Origin: Squalus acanthias
Taxonomy: Eukaryota
DNA length: 64,000 nt
Assembly (NCBI GenBank): GCA_030390025.1
Contig: CM059433.1
Span: 32,862,001 to 32,926,000, forward strand
Direction of reading: 5' to 3'
This document shows positions 18,001-30,072 of the stretch, in pieces. The position numbers and the translations under genes are program-made. Below the pieces are notes generated by a model that worked only from the letters and a program-made list of their open reading frames with translations, made no database searches and was not told the DNA's origin. Positions within the stretch are counted from its first letter, which is position 1. Each line of letters opens with the position of its first letter.

Positions 18001-21000
18001 CAATCATAGAATCAATAACATGATCAATCATAGAATCAATCACATGATCAATCACAGGATCAATCATAGATTCAATCTGATTATCAATCACAGGATCAAT
18101 CATAGAATCAGTCACATGATCAATCATAGGATCTATCTTAGAATCAATAAAATAATCAATCATAAGATCAGTCAAAGAATCAATCACATGATCAATCAGA
18201 GGATGTATCATCGGATCAATCACATGATCCATCACACAATCAATCGTAGAATCAATCACATGATCAATCATAGAATCAATCCCAGGATCAATGCTAGAAT
18301 CAATCACATGATCTATCATAGAACGAATCATAGGATCAATCACAGAATCAATTATACAATAAATCAAATGTTAAGTCACAGGATCAGTCAAAGAATCAAT
18401 CACATGATCAGTCAGAGGAACATTCATAAAATCAATCATAGAATCAATCATGGGATTAATTATAGAATCAATCACAGGATCAATCACAGGTTCAATCATG
18501 GAATCAATCACAGGATCAATCATAGAATCAATCACAGGATCAAGCATAGAATCAATCACAGGATCAAGCAGAGAATCACTCACAGGATCAATCATGGAAT
18601 CAATCACAGGATCAATCATAGAATCAATCATAGAATCAATAACATGATCAATCATAGAATCAATCACATGATCAATCATAGAATCAATCATAGAATCAAT
18701 AACATGATCAATCATAGAATCAATCACATGATCAATCACAAGATCAATGAGAGAATCAATCACATGATCAATCACAGGATCTACCATAGAATCAATAAAA
18801 TAATCAATCCTACGATCAGTCACAGAATCAATCACAAGATCAATCATAGAATCAATCACATGACCAATCATAGAATCAATCACATGATCAATCACAGGAT
18901 CAATCATAGAATCAATCACATGAACTGTCATAGAATCAGTCACAGGATCAATCACATGATCAATCATAGGCTCAAACATAGAAGGAATCACGTGATCAAT
19001 CACAGGGTCTATCATAGAAGCAATCACATGATCAGTTACACAATCAAACATAGAATCAATCATATGATCAATCACAGGATCAATCAGAGAATCAATCACA
19101 TTATCAATCACAGGATATATAATAGAATCATACACATAATCAATCACAGGCTCTGTCATAGAAACAATCACATGATCAATCACAAGATCTATCATTGTAT
19201 CATCACATTATCAAACATAGAATCAATCACAGGATCAATCTTAGAATCAATCGCAGCATCAGTGATATAATCAATCACAGGATCAATCATAGAATCAATC
19301 ACAGGAGCAAGCATAGAATCAATCACATGATCAATCACGGGATACATCATAGAATCAATCACATTATCAATCACAGGATATATAATAGAATCATACACAT
19401 AATCAATCACAGGCTCTATCATAGAAACAATCACATGATCAATCACAAGATCTATCATAGTATCATCACATTATCAAACATAGAATCAATCATATGCTCA
19501 ATCATAGAATCAATCGCAGAATCAGTCATATAATCAATCACAGGCTCAATCAGAGGATCAATCATAGAATCAATCACAGGAGTAAGCATAGAATCAATCA
19601 CATGATCAATCACAGGATCAAACATAGAATCAATCATAGAATCAAACACAGGATCAATCATAGAATCAATAACATGATCAATCATAGAATCAATCACATG
19701 ATCAATCACAGGATCAATCATAGAATCAGTCACAAGGTCAATCACAGGATCTATCATAGAATCAATAAAATAATCAATCATAAGATCAGTCATTGAATCA
19801 ATCACATGATCAATCATAGAATCAATCACATGACCAATCATATAATCAACCACATGATCAAGCACAGGATCAATCATAGAATCAATCATAGAATCAAACA
19901 CAGGATCAATCATAGAATCAATCACATGATCAATCATAGAATCAATCACATGATCAATCACAGGATCAATCATAGAATCAATCCCAGTATCAATCATAGT
20001 ATCAATCACATGGTCAATCACAGGATCAATCAGAGAATCAATCACATTATTAATCACAGGCAAATCAGAGAATCATTCACATAATCAATCACAGGATCTA
20101 TCATAGAAACAATCACATAATCAATCACAAGATCAATCATGGGACCATCACAGGATCAATCATATAATCAATCTCATGATCAATCACAGGATCAATCATA
20201 GAATCGATCACATCATCAATCACCAGATCAATCATAGAATTAATCAAATGTTCATTCACAGGATGTATCATAGGATCAATCACATGATCAATCACACAAT
20301 CAATCATAGAATCAATCACATGATCAATCATAGAATCAATCCCAGGATCAATCATAGAATCAATCACATGATCTATCATAGAAACAATCATAGTATCAAT
20401 CACAGAATCAATTATACAATAAATCAAATGTTCAGTCACAGGATCAATCATAGAATCAATCACATGATCAATCCGAGGAACATTCATAAAATCAATCATA
20501 GAATCAATCAAAGGATTACTTATATAATCAATCCCAGGAACAAACATGGAATCAATCACAGGATCAATCATGGAATCATTCACAATATCAATCATAGAAT
20601 CAATCACAGGATCAAGCATAGAATCAATGACAGGATCAAGCATAGAATCAATCACAGGATCAAGCATAGAATCAATCATATATTCAATAACATGATCAAT
20701 CATAGAATCAATCACATGATCAATCACAAGATCAATCATAGAATCAATCACAAGATCAATCATACAATCAATCACATGACCAATCATATAATCAACCACA
20801 TGATCTTGCACAGGATCATAATAGAATCAATCAGAGAATCAATCACAGGATCAATCATAGAATCAATCACATGATCAATAATAGAATCAATCACATGATC
20901 AATCACAGGATCGAACATAGAATCAATCACATGACCAATCACATAATCAACCACATGATCTAGCACAGGATCATAATAGAATCAATCAAAGAATCAATCA

Positions 21001-22286
21001 CAGGTTCAATCTTAGAATCAATCGCAGCATCAGTGATATAATCAATCACAGGATCAATCATAGAATCAATCACAGGAGCAAGCATAGAATCAATCACATG
21101 ATCAATCACGGGATACATCATAGAATCAATCATAGAATCAAACACAGGATCAATCATAGAATCAATAACATGATCATTCATAGAATCAATCACATGATCA
21201 ATCACAGGATCGAACATAGAATCAAACACATTATCAAACACAGGTTCAATCATAGAATCAGTCACATGATCAATCACAGGATCTATCATAGAATCAATAA
21301 AATAATCAATCATAAGATCAGTCATAGAATCAATCACAAGATCAATCATATAATCAATCACATGAGCAATCACAGGATCAATCACAAGATAAATGATGGG
21401 ACCATCACAGGATCAATCATATGATCAATCTCATGATCAATCACAGGATCAATCATACAATCAGTCACATGATCAATCACCAGATCAATCATACAATCAA
21501 TCACATGATCATTCACAGGATGTATCATAGGATCAATCACATGATCAATCACACAATCAATCATAGAATCAATCACATGATCAATCATAGAATCAATCCC
21601 AGGATCAATCATAGAATCAATCACATGATCTATCATAGAACCAATCATAGCATCAATCACAGGATCAATTATAGAATCAACCATATTTTCATTCACAGGA
21701 TCAATCATAGAATCAACCACAGGATCAATAATATGATCAATCACATGATCAATCACAAGATTAATTATATAATCAATCATGGATCAAGCATAGAATCAAT
21801 CGCAGGATCAAGCATAGATTCAATCATAGAATCAATAACATGATCAATCATAGAATCAATCACATGATCAATCACTGGATCAATCACAGAATCAATGACA
21901 TTATCAATCACAGGATCAATCATAGAATCAGTCACATGATCAATCACAGGATCTATCATAGAATCAATCACATGATCAATCATATAATCAATCACATGAT
22001 CAAGCACAGGATCAATCATAGAATCAATCATAGAATCAAACACAGGATCAATCATAGAATCAATCACATGGTCAATCATAGAATCAATCACATGATCAAT
22101 CACAGGATCAATCATAGAATCAATCACATGATCTGTCATACAATCAATCATAGAATCAAACACAGGATTAATCATAGAATCAATCACATTATCAATCACA
22201 GAATCAATGACATTATCAATCACAGGATCAATCATAGAATCAGTCACATGATCAATCACAGGATCTATCATATAATCAATCAAATA
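1..22286. repeat. 12-bp tandem satellite (ATCAATCA-TAGA / -CAGG / -CATG and rarer variants), block 1
   Basis: Continuous 12-nt periodicity read directly, e.g. atcaatcataga atcaatcacatg atcaatcacagg; translates to INHR/INHM (+) and MIDS/VIDP (-) tetrapeptide repeats; occasional 11-bp units shift the phase. Confidence 0.98.
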
Positions 22287-24816
22287 ATAAGAACATAAGA
22301 ACATAAGAAATAGGAGCAGGAGTAGGCCAATTGGCCCCTCGAGCCTGCTCCGCCATTCAATAAGATCATGGCTGATCTGATCCTAACCGCCAATCTACTA
22401 TCACAGAACCATCTCCTGAACCTAACAGAATTGGACACATGAAATAGGAGCAGGATCAGGCTACACGGCCCCTGGGCCCGCTACGCTACCCACAGGGCCA
22501 TGACCGATCCGAACCTAGACTCATGTCCAAATTCCTGCCAGCTCCCCGTAACCCTTAATTCCCTTTACTTCTAGGAAACTGTCTATTTCTGTTTTAAATT
22601 TATGTAATGATGTAGCTTCTAGCTATTTGGGGCAGCATATTCCATGGACCTACCACCCTCTGAGTGAAATAGTTCCTTCTCATCTCAGTTTTGAAAGAGC
22701 AGCCCCTTATTCTAAGACAATGCCCCCTAGTTCTAGCTTCACCCATCATCGGGAACATCCTCCCCGCATCCATCCGATCCAACCCCTTCACAATCTTATA
22801 TGTTTCAATAAGATCGCCTCTCATTCTTCTGAACTCCAATGAGTAGAGTCCCAATCTACCCAACCTCTCCTCATATGTCCATCCCCTCATCCCCAGGATT
22901 AACCGAGTGAACCTTCTTTGTACTGACTCGAGAGCAAGTATGTCTTTTCTTAAGTATGGACACCAAAACTGTATGCAGTATTCCAGGTGCGGTCTCACCA
23001 ATACCTTGTACAACTGAAGCAATACCTCCCTATTTTTATATTCTATCCCCTTAGCAATGAAAGCCAACATTCCATTGGCCTTCTTAATCACTTGCTGCAC
23101 CTGCATACTAACCTTTTGAGTTTCGTGCACCAGGACCCCCAGATCCCTTTGTACTTCAGTACTTTCCAGTTTCTTGCCATTTAGATAATAACTTGCTCTA
23201 CTATTTTTCCTGCCAAAGTGCATAACCTCTCACTTTCTAGTATTGTATTCCATCTGCCAAATCTCTGCCCACTTACTTAGCCTGTCTATGTCCCCTTGCA
23301 GATTTTTTATGTCCTCCTCACTCACTACTTTCCCTCCCATCTTAGTATCATCTGCAAACTTTGATATGTTACACTCGGTCCCCTCCTCCAAATCGTTAAT
23401 ATAGATTGTAAAGAGTTGGGGACCCAGCACTGGCCCCTGCGGAACACCACTAGTTACTGATTGCCAGTCTGAGAATGAACCATTTATCCCAACTCTCTGC
23501 CTTTTGTTAGATAGCCAATCCTCTATCCATGCCAGAATATTACCCCCAATCCCGTGATTTTTTATCTTAAGCAATAATCTTTTGTATGGCACCTTGTCAA
23601 ATGCCTTTTGGAAGTCTAAATACACCACATCCACTGGTTCCCCTTTATCCACCCTGTGTGTTAGTTCCTCAAAGAACTCCAGCAAATTTGTCAAACATGA
23701 CTTCCCCTTCGTAAAACCATGCTGACTTTGTCCTATTAAATTATGATTATCCAAATGTCCCGTTACTGTCTCCTTAATAATGGACTCCAAAATTTTACCT
23801 ACCACAGATGTTAGGCTAACCGGTCTATAGTTTCCAGCCTTCTGTCTACTGCCCTTTTTAAATAAGGGTGTTACATTAGCAGTTTTCCAGTCTGCCGGGA
23901 TCTTTGCTGAGTCCAGGGAGTTTTGGAAAATTATTACCAATGCATCCACAATCCCTACCGCCACTTCCCTCAAGACCCTAGGATGTAAGCCATCAGGTCC
24001 AGGTGATTTATCTGCCTTGAGTCCCATTATTTTACCGAGTACCACTTCCTTAGTGATTTTGATCGTGTTTAGCTCCTCCCCCCCTATAGCCCCCTGTTTG
24101 TCCAGTGTTGGGATATTCTTAGTGTCCTCTACTGTAAAGACTGATACAAAATATTCATTCAGTGTATTTGCCATCTCCATATTTCCCACCATTAATTTCC
24201 CGGTCTCATCCTCTAAGGGACCAACATTTACTTTAGCCACCCTTTTTCTTTTTATATAACTATAAAAACTCTTACTATCTGTTTTTATATTTTTTGCTAA
24301 TTTACTTTCATAATCTATCTTCCCTTTCTTAATCAATCTTTTTGTTATTTTTTGCTATCTTTTAAAGTTTTCCCAATCCTCTATCCTCCCACTAGATTTT
24401 GTTACCTTATAAGCCCTTGTTTTTAGTCGAATATTATCCTTAATTTCTTTACTTAGCCATGGATGACTGTCTTTTCTTTTACATCCTTTTCTTCTCAGTG
24501 GAATATATATTTTTTGGAAGTTGTAAAATAACTCCTTAAATGTACACCACTGATCATGTATCGTCTTACCCTTTAATCTATTTTCCCAATCCACTCTACT
24601 CAATTCTGCTCACATACCTTCATAGTCTCCTTTATTCAAGCTTAGCACGCTTGTTTGAGATCCAACCTTCTCACCCTCTAATTGAATATGGAATTCAACC
24701 ATGTTATGGTCACTCATTCCAAGGGGATCCTTTACTAAGACATTTTTAATTAATCCTGTCTCGTTACACAGGACCAGATCTAATGTTGCTTGCCCCCTGG
24801 TCGGTTCAGTTACATT
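22287..24816 (-). mobile_element. 5'-truncated, inactivated CR1-clade non-LTR retrotransposon (end of APE + RT, 3' UTR, (TTCTTATG)n tail)
   Basis: Abrupt exit from the satellite on both sides; minus-strand ORF pieces with CR1 ORF2 motifs (EPTRGQATLDLVL, SDHNM, KSPGPDGLHPRVL, NYRPVSLTS, QHGF, YLDFQKAFDKV, SGVPQG, FADD); 8-bp terminal repeat seen on + as ataagaac ataagaac ataagaa at 22287-22309. Confidence 0.96.
22521..24816 (-). pseudogene. Disrupted CR1 ORF2 (partial endonuclease + reverse transcriptase)
   Basis: Track ORFs ending at 24610, 24355, 23230 and 22600 lie in one frame, separated by three in-frame stops (TGA 24610-24612, TAG 24355-24357, TGA 23230-23232). A frameshift near 22621 follows; the shifted frame reads EATSLHKFKTEIDSFLEVKGIKGYGELAGIWT* to a stop at 22521, matching the C-terminus of the intact ORF2 at 55070-57937. 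Confidence 0.92.
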
Positions 24817-27661
24817 ATCAATCATAAGATCAGTCATAGAATTAATTACAGGATCAATCATAGAATCAATCACATGATCAATCACAAGATCAATCATAGA
24901 ATCAATCACATGATCAATCATAGAATCAATCACATGATCAAGCACCGGATCAATCATAGAATCAATCATAGAATCAAACACAGGATCAATCATAGAATCA
25001 ATCACATGATCAATCATAGAATCAATCACATGATCAATCACAGGATCAATCAGAGAATCAATCAGATGATCTGTCATACAATCAATCATAGAATCAAACA
25101 CAGGATTAATCATAGAATCAATCACATGATCAATCATAGAATTAATCACATGTTCAATCATAGATTCAATCATAGAATCAATCACAGGATCAATCAATGA
25201 ATCAATCATAGAATCAGTAACATGATCAATCATAGAATCAATCACATTATCAATCACCGGATCAATCATAGAATCAGTCTCATGATCAATCACAGGATCT
25301 ATCATAGAATCAATAAAATAATCAATCATAAGATCAGTCATAGAATCAGTCACAAGATCAATCATAGAATCAATCACATGACCAATCATATAATCAACCA
25401 CATGATCAGTTACACAATCAAACATAGAATCAATCAAATGATCAATCACAGGATCAATCAGCGAATCAATCACATTATCAATCAGAGAATAAATAATAGA
25501 ATCATTCGCATAAACAATAACAGGACCTATCATAGAAACAATCACATGATCAATCAGAAAATCAATCATAGAATCATCACAGGATCAAGCATAGAATCAA
25601 TCACATGATCAGTTGCACAATCAATCATAGAATCAATCACATGATCAATTACAGGATCAATCACAGAATCAATCCCAGTATCAATCATAGAATCAATCAC
25701 ATTATTAATCACAGGGTAAGTAATAGAATCATTCACATAATCAATCACAGGATCTATCACAGAAACAATCACATGATCAATCACAAGATCAATCATGGGA
25801 CCATCACATGATCAATCATAAATTCAACCTCCTGATCAATCACAGGATCAATCATATAATCAATCACTTGATCAATCACCAATTCAGTCATAGGATCAAT
25901 CACATGATCAATCAGAGGAACAATCATAAAGTCAATCATAGAATCAATCACAGGATTAATTATATAATCAATCACAGGATCAAGCATAGACTCAATCATA
26001 GAATCAATAACATGATCAATTATAGAATCAATGACATGAGCAATCACAAGATCAATCACAGAATCAATCACATTATCAATCACAGGATCAATCATAGAAT
26101 CATTCACATGATTAATCACCGGATCTATCACAGGATTATTCAAATAATCAATCATAAGATCAGTCATAGAATTATTTACAGGGTCAATCAAATAATCAAT
26201 CACATGATCAATCACACGATCAATCATAGAATCAATCACATGATCAATCATATAATCAATCACATGATCAAGCACAGTATCAATCATAGAATCAATCACA
26301 TGATCAATCAGAGGAACATTCATAAAATCAATCATATAATCAATCACAGGATCTATCATAGAATGAAACACCTGATCAATCCCAGGGTCTATCATAGAAT
26401 CAATCACATGATCTGTCATAGAATCAATCACAGGATCAATCACATGATCAATCACGGAATCTATCATAGACTCAATCACATTATCAATCACAGGAACAAT
26501 CACAGAATCAATCCCAGTATCAATCATAGTTTCAATCACATGGTCAATCACAGGATCAATCAGAGAATCAATCACATTATTAATCACAGGTAAATCATAG
26601 AATCATTCACATAATCAATCACAGGATCTATCATAGAAACAATCAAATGGTCTATCACCAGATCAATCATGGGACCATCACAGGATCAATCAGATAATCA
26701 ATCTCATTATCAATCACAGGATCAATCATAGAATCGATCACATGATCAATCACCAGATCAATCATAGAATCAATCACATGATCAATCACAGGCTGTATCA
26801 TAGGATCAATCACATGATCAATCGCACAATCAATCGTAGAATCAATCACATGATCAATCAAAGAATGAATCCCAGGATCAATCACAGAATCAATCACATG
26901 ATCTATCATAGAACCAATCATAGGATCAATCACAGAATCAATTATACAATAAATCAAATTTTCAGTCACAGGATCAATCATAGAATCAATCACATGATCA
27001 ATCAGAGGAACATTCATAAAATCAATCATATAATCAATCACAGGATCTATCATAGCATCAATAAAATAATCAATCACAAGATCAATCATAGCATCAATCA
27101 CATTACCAATCATATAATCAACCACATGATCAAGCACAGGATCAATCATAGAATCAATCATAGAATCAAACACAGGATCAATCATGGAATCAATCACATG
27201 ATCAATAATAGAATCAATCACATGATCAATCACAGGATCAATCATAGAATCAATCACATGATCTGTCATAGAATCAATCACAGGATCAAGCACAGAATCG
27301 ATCACAGGTTCAAGCATAGAATCAATCACAGGATCAATCACAGAATCAGTCATAGAATCAATAACATGATCAATCATAGAATCAATCACATGATCAATCA
27401 CAGGATCAATCATAGAATCAATCACATTATCAATCACAGGATCAATCATAGAATCAGTCACAGGATCAATCACAGGATCTATCATAGAATCAATAACATG
27501 ATCAATCATAGAATCAATCACATGATCAATCACAGGATCAATCATAGAATCAATCACATTATCAATTACAGGATCAATCATAGAATCAGTCACAGGATCA
27601 ATCACAGGATCTATCATAGAATCAATAAAATAATCAATCATAAGATCAGTCATAGAATCAA
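24817..27661. repeat. 12-bp satellite, block 2
   Basis: Same monomer and variant vocabulary resume at 24817 (atcaatcataag atcagtcataga). Confidence 0.97.
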
Positions 27662-27977
27662 GCATAGTGGTTAGCACTGTTGCCTCACAGCGCCAGGGAC
27701 ATGGGTTCGAATCCGGCCACAGGTGAGTTTCTGTGTAGAGTTTGCACATTCTCCCCGTGTCTGCGTGGGTTTCCTCCGGGTGCTCCGGTTTCCTCCCACA
27801 GTCCAAAGATGTGCGGGATAGGTTGATTTGGCTATGATAAATTGACCCTTAGTGTTAGGGGGATTAAATACGTGGGGTTACAGGGATAGGGTGGGATATG
27901 TGTCAGTGCAGGCTCGATGGGCCAAAATGGCCTCTATCTGCATTGTGGGGATTCTGTGATTCTGTGATTCTTCTGTG
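27662..27977 (+). mobile_element. tRNA-derived V-SINE (HE1-like), slightly 5'-truncated, copy 1
   Basis: tRNA-like head with partial A-box (AGTGGTTAGC) and B-box GGTTCGAATCC; V-domain core GAGTTTGCACATTCTCCCCGTGTCTGCGTGGGTTTCCTCCGGGTGCTCCGGTTTCCTCCCACAGTCCAAAGATGTGC; CR1-like 3' end and (ATTCTGTG)n tail. Family name is from recall, not a search. Confidence 0.88.
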
Positions 27978-29756
27978 ATCAATCATAGATTCATTCACAT
28001 AACCAATCATATAATCTACCACATGATCAAGCACAGGATCAATTAAAGAATCAATCATAGAATCAATCACAGGAGCAATCAGAGAATCAATCACATTATC
28101 AATAACAGAATAAATAATAGGATCATTCGCATAATCAATCACAGGATCTATCATAGAAACAATCAAATGATCAATCACAAGATCAATCATGGGACCATGA
28201 CAGGATCAATTATATAATCAATCTCATGATCAATCACAGGAACAATTATAGAATCGATCACATGATCAATCACCAGATCAATCATAGAATCATTCACATA
28301 ACCAATCATATAATCTATCACATGATCAAGCACAGGATCAATCATAGAATCAATCATAGAATCAATCACAGGAGCAATCAGAGAATCAATCACATTATCA
28401 ATAACAGAATAAATAATAGAATCATTCGCATAATCAATCACAGGATCTATCTTAGAAACAATCAAATGATCAATCACAACATCAATCATGGGACCATGAC
28501 AGGATCAATCATATAATCAATCTCATGATCAATCACAGGAACAATTATAGAATCGATCACATGATCAATCACCAGATCAATCATAGAATCAATCACATGA
28601 TCAATCACAGGATCAATCATAGAATCAATCACATGATCTGTCATAGAATCAATCACAGGATCAAGCATAGAATCAATCACAGGATCAAGGATAGAATCAA
28701 TCACAGAATCAATCATAGAATCAATCATAGAATCAATCACATGACCAATCATATAATCAACCACATGATCAAGCACAGGATCAATCATAGAATCAATCAT
28801 AGAATCAAACACAGGATCAATCATAGAATCAATCACATGATCAATCATAGAATCAATCACATGATCAATCACAGGATCAATCATAGAATCAATCACATGA
28901 TCTGTCATAGAATCATTCACAGGATCAAGCATAGAATCAATCACAGGATCAAGCATAGAATCAATCACAGGATCAAACATAGAATCAATCATAGAATCAA
29001 TAACATGATCAATCATAGAATCAATCACATGATCTATCACAGGATCAAACATAGAATTAATCACATTATCAATCACAGGATCAATCATAGAATCAGTCAC
29101 ATGATCAATCACAGGATCTATCATAGAATCAATAAAATTATCAATCATAAGATCAGTCATAGAATCGATCACAAGATCAATCATAGAATCAATCACATGA
29201 ACAATCATATAATCAAACACATGATCATGCACAGGATCAATCATAGAATCAATCATAGAATCAAACACAGGATCAATCATGGAATCAATCACATGATCAA
29301 TAATAGAATCAATCACATGATCAATCACAGGATCAATCATAGAATCAATCACATGATCTGTCATAGAATCAATCACAGGATCAAGCACAGAATCGATCAC
29401 AGGTTCAAGCATAGAATCAATCACAGGATCAATCACAGAATCAGTCATAGAATCAATAACATGATCAATCATAGAATCAATCACATGATCAATCACAGGA
29501 TCAATCATAGAATCAATCACATTATCAATCACAGGATCAATCATAGAATCAGTCACAGGATCAATCACAGGATCTATCATAGAATCAATAACATGATCAA
29601 TCATAGAATCAATCACATGATCAATCACAGGATCAATCATAGAATCAATCACATTATCAATCACAGGATCAATCATAGAATCAGTCACAGGATCAATCAC
29701 AGGATCTATCATAGAATCAATAAAATAATCAATCATAAGATCAGTCATAGAATCAA
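27978..29756. repeat. 12-bp satellite, block 3
   Basis: 12-nt periodic array between the two SINE copies. Confidence 0.97.
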
Positions 29757-30072
29757 GCATAGTGGTTAGCACTGTTGCCTCACAGCGCCAGGGACATGGG
29801 TTCGAATCCGGCCACAGGTGAGTTTCTGTGTAGAGTTTGCACATTCTCCCCGTGTCTGCGTGGGTTTCCTCCGGGTGCTCCGGTTTCCTCCCACAGTCCA
29901 AAGATGTGCGGGTTAGGTTGATTTGGCTATGATAAATTGACCCTTAGTGTTAGGGGGATTAAATACGTGGGGTTACAGGGATAGGGTGGGATATGTGTCA
30001 GTGCAGGCTCGATGGGCCAAAATGGCCTCTATCTGCATTGTGGGGATTCTGTGATTCTGTGATTCTTCTGTG
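29757..30072 (+). mobile_element. tRNA-derived V-SINE (HE1-like), copy 2, created by tandem duplication
   Basis: Same sequence and same junctions as copy 1 at an offset of 2,095 bp; one difference noticed (27818 A vs 29913 T). Confidence 0.88.

Noticed and set aside
24610..25569. 319-aa satellite-endonuclease fusion ORF
   Set aside because: Chance in-frame junction of the satellite frame with the truncated LINE; it stops at a nonsense codon after about 69 LINE codons.
27662..27720. tRNA gene (GGTTCGAATCC T-loop), also at 29757-29815
   Set aside because: The 5' acceptor stem is missing and the sequence continues into a V-SINE core; it is a SINE head.
26667..29901. ORFs starting MDCGRKPEHPEETHADTGRMCKL
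   Set aside because: Antisense translation of the V-SINE core running into satellite; not a gene.
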